Assembly (NCBI GenBank): GCA_016933575.1
Contig: JAFGAR010000028.1
Coordinates: forward strand, 160,001 to 224,000
Reading direction: 5' to 3'
From: Candidatus Thorarchaeota archaeon
GTDB lineage: Archaea > Asgardarchaeota > Thorarchaeia > Thorarchaeales > Thorarchaeaceae
Length of the DNA: 64,000 bases
Shown: in pieces, positions 61,314 to 64,000 of the stretch
Layout of the letters: each line of letters begins with the position of its first letter
How positions within the stretch are numbered: the first letter of the stretch is position 1
The notes under the pieces: generated by a model
The model's database searches: none
Told to the model about the DNA's origin: nothing
Seen by the model: only the letters and a program-made list of their open reading frames with translations
Made by a program: the position numbers and the translations under genes

Positions 61314-63221
61314 GTGGTATTGAAAATATCGAGTAGAGTAATCATTTTTCTGACCATGATTTTGCTAATTGCACCTTCTGGTCTTAACAAAGCAATACCC
61401 CGGCCAAATCAAAGTGATACGATGATAGTATTTGAGACGTGCAATCAAAATCCTGTTTTTACCCACAGCTCTGAAGAACCAGTGCTCTATGATGGATTTG
61501 ATGAGTTTCCGGGTTATAATCAATCATTGTGGAACTTTGAATCCTATGGAGAGGGGTGTGTGAGTTGGTTAGTAGGCGATCAATTTGAGATGAATGCATC
61601 CAGACATTCATATCGAACACTATCATCAATCCAAACATTTGAGGTCGGTCATGAAGCTGTAATCCGGATGAAACTGCAAGAAGAGGAAGCTGTTGTCTGT
61701 GTAGGATGGACCAATCACACCGCAATTACTGAATGGAATTATCTGTTTGGTGGTGATTCAATTTTGCTTCAAGGCGCACTATCAACAGTCCTGTTAGAGA
61801 GAGTCGTGACAGAGTATTCCCAGCGAACATCCAGAATGTTATCTGGACTAGACCCATCTGTCTTTCATGATTATCGAATAGTATGGAATTCGTCAGTGAT
61901 TATTGCTTATGTTGATGATGTAAGATTGGGTGCAATAGGCGATACGATGCCTTCAGGACCGTTTCACTTCAAGATAGCAATCACAGAATTCAGGAATGTT
62001 ACAACGCAAGGTGGTGTGATAATCGATAGTGTAACAATTCGTGAACATCACTCGATGATATCAGAGTTTTCTCCGTTCATATCGCTTGGCAGTCCGGGTA
62101 ATAGCACAATCAATCTGGGAAGTGATGTAATCGACATAATTCCTGTTGGACATGATGGATTATTATATTGGTCATGGGACGGTGCCCTCAATAGCTCAAG
62201 TGAGAGCCCATATGATATTCGTCTGCCACTAGTTTCAGGTCAACATATTCTTGATGTCTATTGTCGTGATGGATATGGATATGATAATTGGGCTAGAGAG
62301 AGATTCGTTTTCATCACAATGGGAGATCCACCTGAATTAAATGCTGCTTGGATGTCTACTCCACCAACAATTGATGGTATTTTTCTAGAGAATGAATGGC
62401 CTGAAATCTCATTGATTATGCTAAACTTAGTTAGAACTGATGGTCTAATCATCGATGTCAATGTCATGATAGGAAGTGATGAGAGATTCATCTATTTTGG
62501 AATTGATTCACCAGTTGCATCAGGTCATGATTCACGTGCTGCTTTAATTATCGATGAAACCTTCGATGGAGTGTACAAAGGACATAATGGTACACCTACT
62601 AGGGCCATCTGGTATATCAAAGGCTCTCCAGATGCTTGGAAAGGTTATGATGAGATTCAAGTATTGAATCAATCAGCTCAAGGAGTAATATCTAATTTTA
62701 AACTTACACCAATTCCAAGTGGCTTTTTATCAGACTCTTCTGTAACATCTACTGGAGTACATTATGAATTTAGAGTACCCATGGAGGAATTTAATGCAGT
62801 TCCTGGTACATCTCTGGGAATTTCAGTAATGCTCTATCCTTCCGGGATGGGAGTTCATAATCTATTCTACCCACTCACATATCCATGGGAAAATGCATCA
62901 AGACTCGCCATACTGCATCTAGCGACAACTTTGGATATTTCAGTACTAATTGTGGGCAGTTCTTTAGGAATTGGATTTATAGCATTAGTAACCTATTTTG
63001 GATGGAGGAGAAGAGTCTCTGGTATATCGACATATATTGAGACCGAAGATTCAATGCGAATTGTTGAGTTAATCAAATCATACGATCAGATTACTTTAGA
63101 GAGATTGTCAAGGATGATAGGGACATCTGAGAATGAATTACGAAACAGGATTGGAGAGCTACAGAGTCAAAATGCTATTGATGTTAAAATTAGTGATAAT
63201 GGAACAATCAAGCGTAGATAA
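61314..63221 (+). CDS. Paralogue of the preceding single-pass lectin/CBM9-TM-wHTH/PCI protein
   Basis: FHDYRIVW....IAYVDD; LYWSWD....S..P.DI; PPTIDGI...EW; YEFRVP; TM; SYDQITLERL....G.SE.E....I.EL.....I.VKI. Confidence 0.7.
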   Translation: MVLKISSRVIIFLTMILLIAPSGLNKAIPRPNQSDTMIVFETCNQNPVFTHSSEEPVLYDGFDEFPGYNQSLWNFESYGEGCVSWLVGDQFEMNASRHSYRTLSSIQTFEVGHEAVIRMKLQEEEAVVCVGWTNHTAITEWNYLFGGDSILLQGALSTVLLERVVTEYSQRTSRMLSGLDPSVFHDYRIVWNSSVIIAYVDDVRLGAIGDTMPSGPFHFKIAITEFRNVTTQGGVIIDSVTIREHHSMISEFSPFISLGSPGNSTINLGSDVIDIIPVGHDGLLYWSWDGALNSSSESPYDIRLPLVSGQHILDVYCRDGYGYDNWARERFVFITMGDPPELNAAWMSTPPTIDGIFLENEWPEISLIMLNLVRTDGLIIDVNVMIGSDERFIYFGIDSPVASGHDSRAALIIDETFDGVYKGHNGTPTRAIWYIKGSPDAWKGYDEIQVLNQSAQGVISNFKLTPIPSGFLSDSSVTSTGVHYEFRVPMEEFNAVPGTSLGISVMLYPSGMGVHNLFYPLTYPWENASRLAILHLATTLDISVLIVGSSLGIGFIALVTYFGWRRRVSGISTYIETEDSMRIVELIKSYDQITLERLSRMIGTSENELRNRIGELQSQNAIDVKISDNGTIKRR

Positions 63222-63235
63222 TTCATCCAAGATTC

Positions 63236-63940
63236 TTATTCATAGAATCGGCAAAGTTTGCATACAATAATTTCGGGTTCGTTAACTAAGCTTTTGAACA
63301 AATCAACAGGAGGGGTAGTAGGCAGGAGTTGCATCGGAGGTCTTCCGGGTTTTCTATTCTTACGAGAACCTGATAATTTGACAGGTGTTGGTTTAAAGTC
63401 ATTTGCTAGATTGACGATTCCAGAAAGATGTTCTCGCCAAGTCCTGTCACTGCCCAAACCAGCTAGTGGCTCATATCCACCATAGCCTGTAATCATATCG
63501 AGATACCCAGTGAGACCTCGAGCAGGATTGAAACAGATGACCAAGCCTGTTAGTATGATAGCACGAGAACAGTGGTCAGATACTCTTTGTCCAGTACAGC
63601 CAACTACCTCAAGACCTCTGCAGAAATCAAGGAACAACATTCTTGTTTTATCAGAATTGAAATCATCATCAATGTTGAGATGCTTTGAGAGTTCTGTGAA
63701 GCCTGTAAATCTTATGCCCTCATCTAGGTGATTCTCTATCTGATGAATTAGAGCATCTCTCCAGGAAAACTGGATTCGATGGTAATTATCAATTGATTTC
63801 CATTCAGCATCACTGACATAGATAATGATGTAAGGATCATCCAGATTCCCGTTCCATGAGGCTTTCCTGTTGACTAGATCAATAGCAACTGATACACGTT
63901 CATTACCAAGTGGAAAACTAGTTCTAAATCGTTCGGTCAT
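63236..63940 (-). CDS. Hypothetical protein
   Basis: 234-aa ORF, AGGTG before ATG, C-terminal CxxC. Confidence 0.6.
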   Translation of the reverse strand: MTERFRTSFPLGNERVSVAIDLVNRKASWNGNLDDPYIIIYVSDAEWKSIDNYHRIQFSWRDALIHQIENHLDEGIRFTGFTELSKHLNIDDDFNSDKTRMLFLDFCRGLEVVGCTGQRVSDHCSRAIILTGLVICFNPARGLTGYLDMITGYGGYEPLAGLGSDRTWREHLSGIVNLANDFKPTPVKLSGSRKNRKPGRPPMQLLPTTPPVDLFKSLVNEPEIIVCKLCRFYE

Positions 63941-64000
63941 AACACCTTGATAATCAACAAAGAACAGAATATCTTCATCACGTAAATTGGTATCAGTCTC

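Noticed and set aside
1-64000. CRISPR arrays, IS elements, tRNA/rRNA genes, and the many short antisense ORFs in the track
   Set aside because: No periodic repeats, transposase motifs or cloverleafs seen by eye; the short ORFs are shadows of well-supported genes

Overview
Archaeal chromosomal window, gene-dense, GC estimated at roughly 40% by eye. The gene set (PurP paralogues, type-2 IPP isomerase, ADP-forming acyl-CoA synthetase, S26B signal peptidase, REC-multiPAS kinase, tubulin-like protein, PCI/wHTH-tailed membrane proteins) fits an Asgard archaeon, most plausibly Thorarchaeia. That assignment is an inference. Contents from left to right: the 3' part of a divergent tubulin-superfamily gene plus a helical partner, acdA, fni, a 12-kb purine cluster (purN-purF-purP-purP'-purCS-purQ-purL-purEM-purD-guaA), an HDAC, DNA ligase, an atypical TGT-family enzyme, CooC, a C39-like protease/PPC/radical SAM-SPASM/GNAT neighbourhood, a hybrid kinase, an M23-like peptidase, transporters and catabolic enzymes, an orphan BrxD-like ATPase, pirin, and two tandem lectin-CBM9/DOMON-TM-wHTH(PCI-like) paralogues. 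No tRNA, rRNA, CRISPR array or transposase was recognised. The most notable signals are: (1) the tubulin-like protein has eukaryote-type C-terminal H11/H12 helices; (2) two ~120-nt structured intergenic RNA candidates share a three-way-junction layout and an exposed CCUCC linker; (3) two genes appear to start at ATT behind a GGAGG; (4) the tandem transmembrane receptor-like pair. All family calls come from motif recognition by eye, not from database searches.
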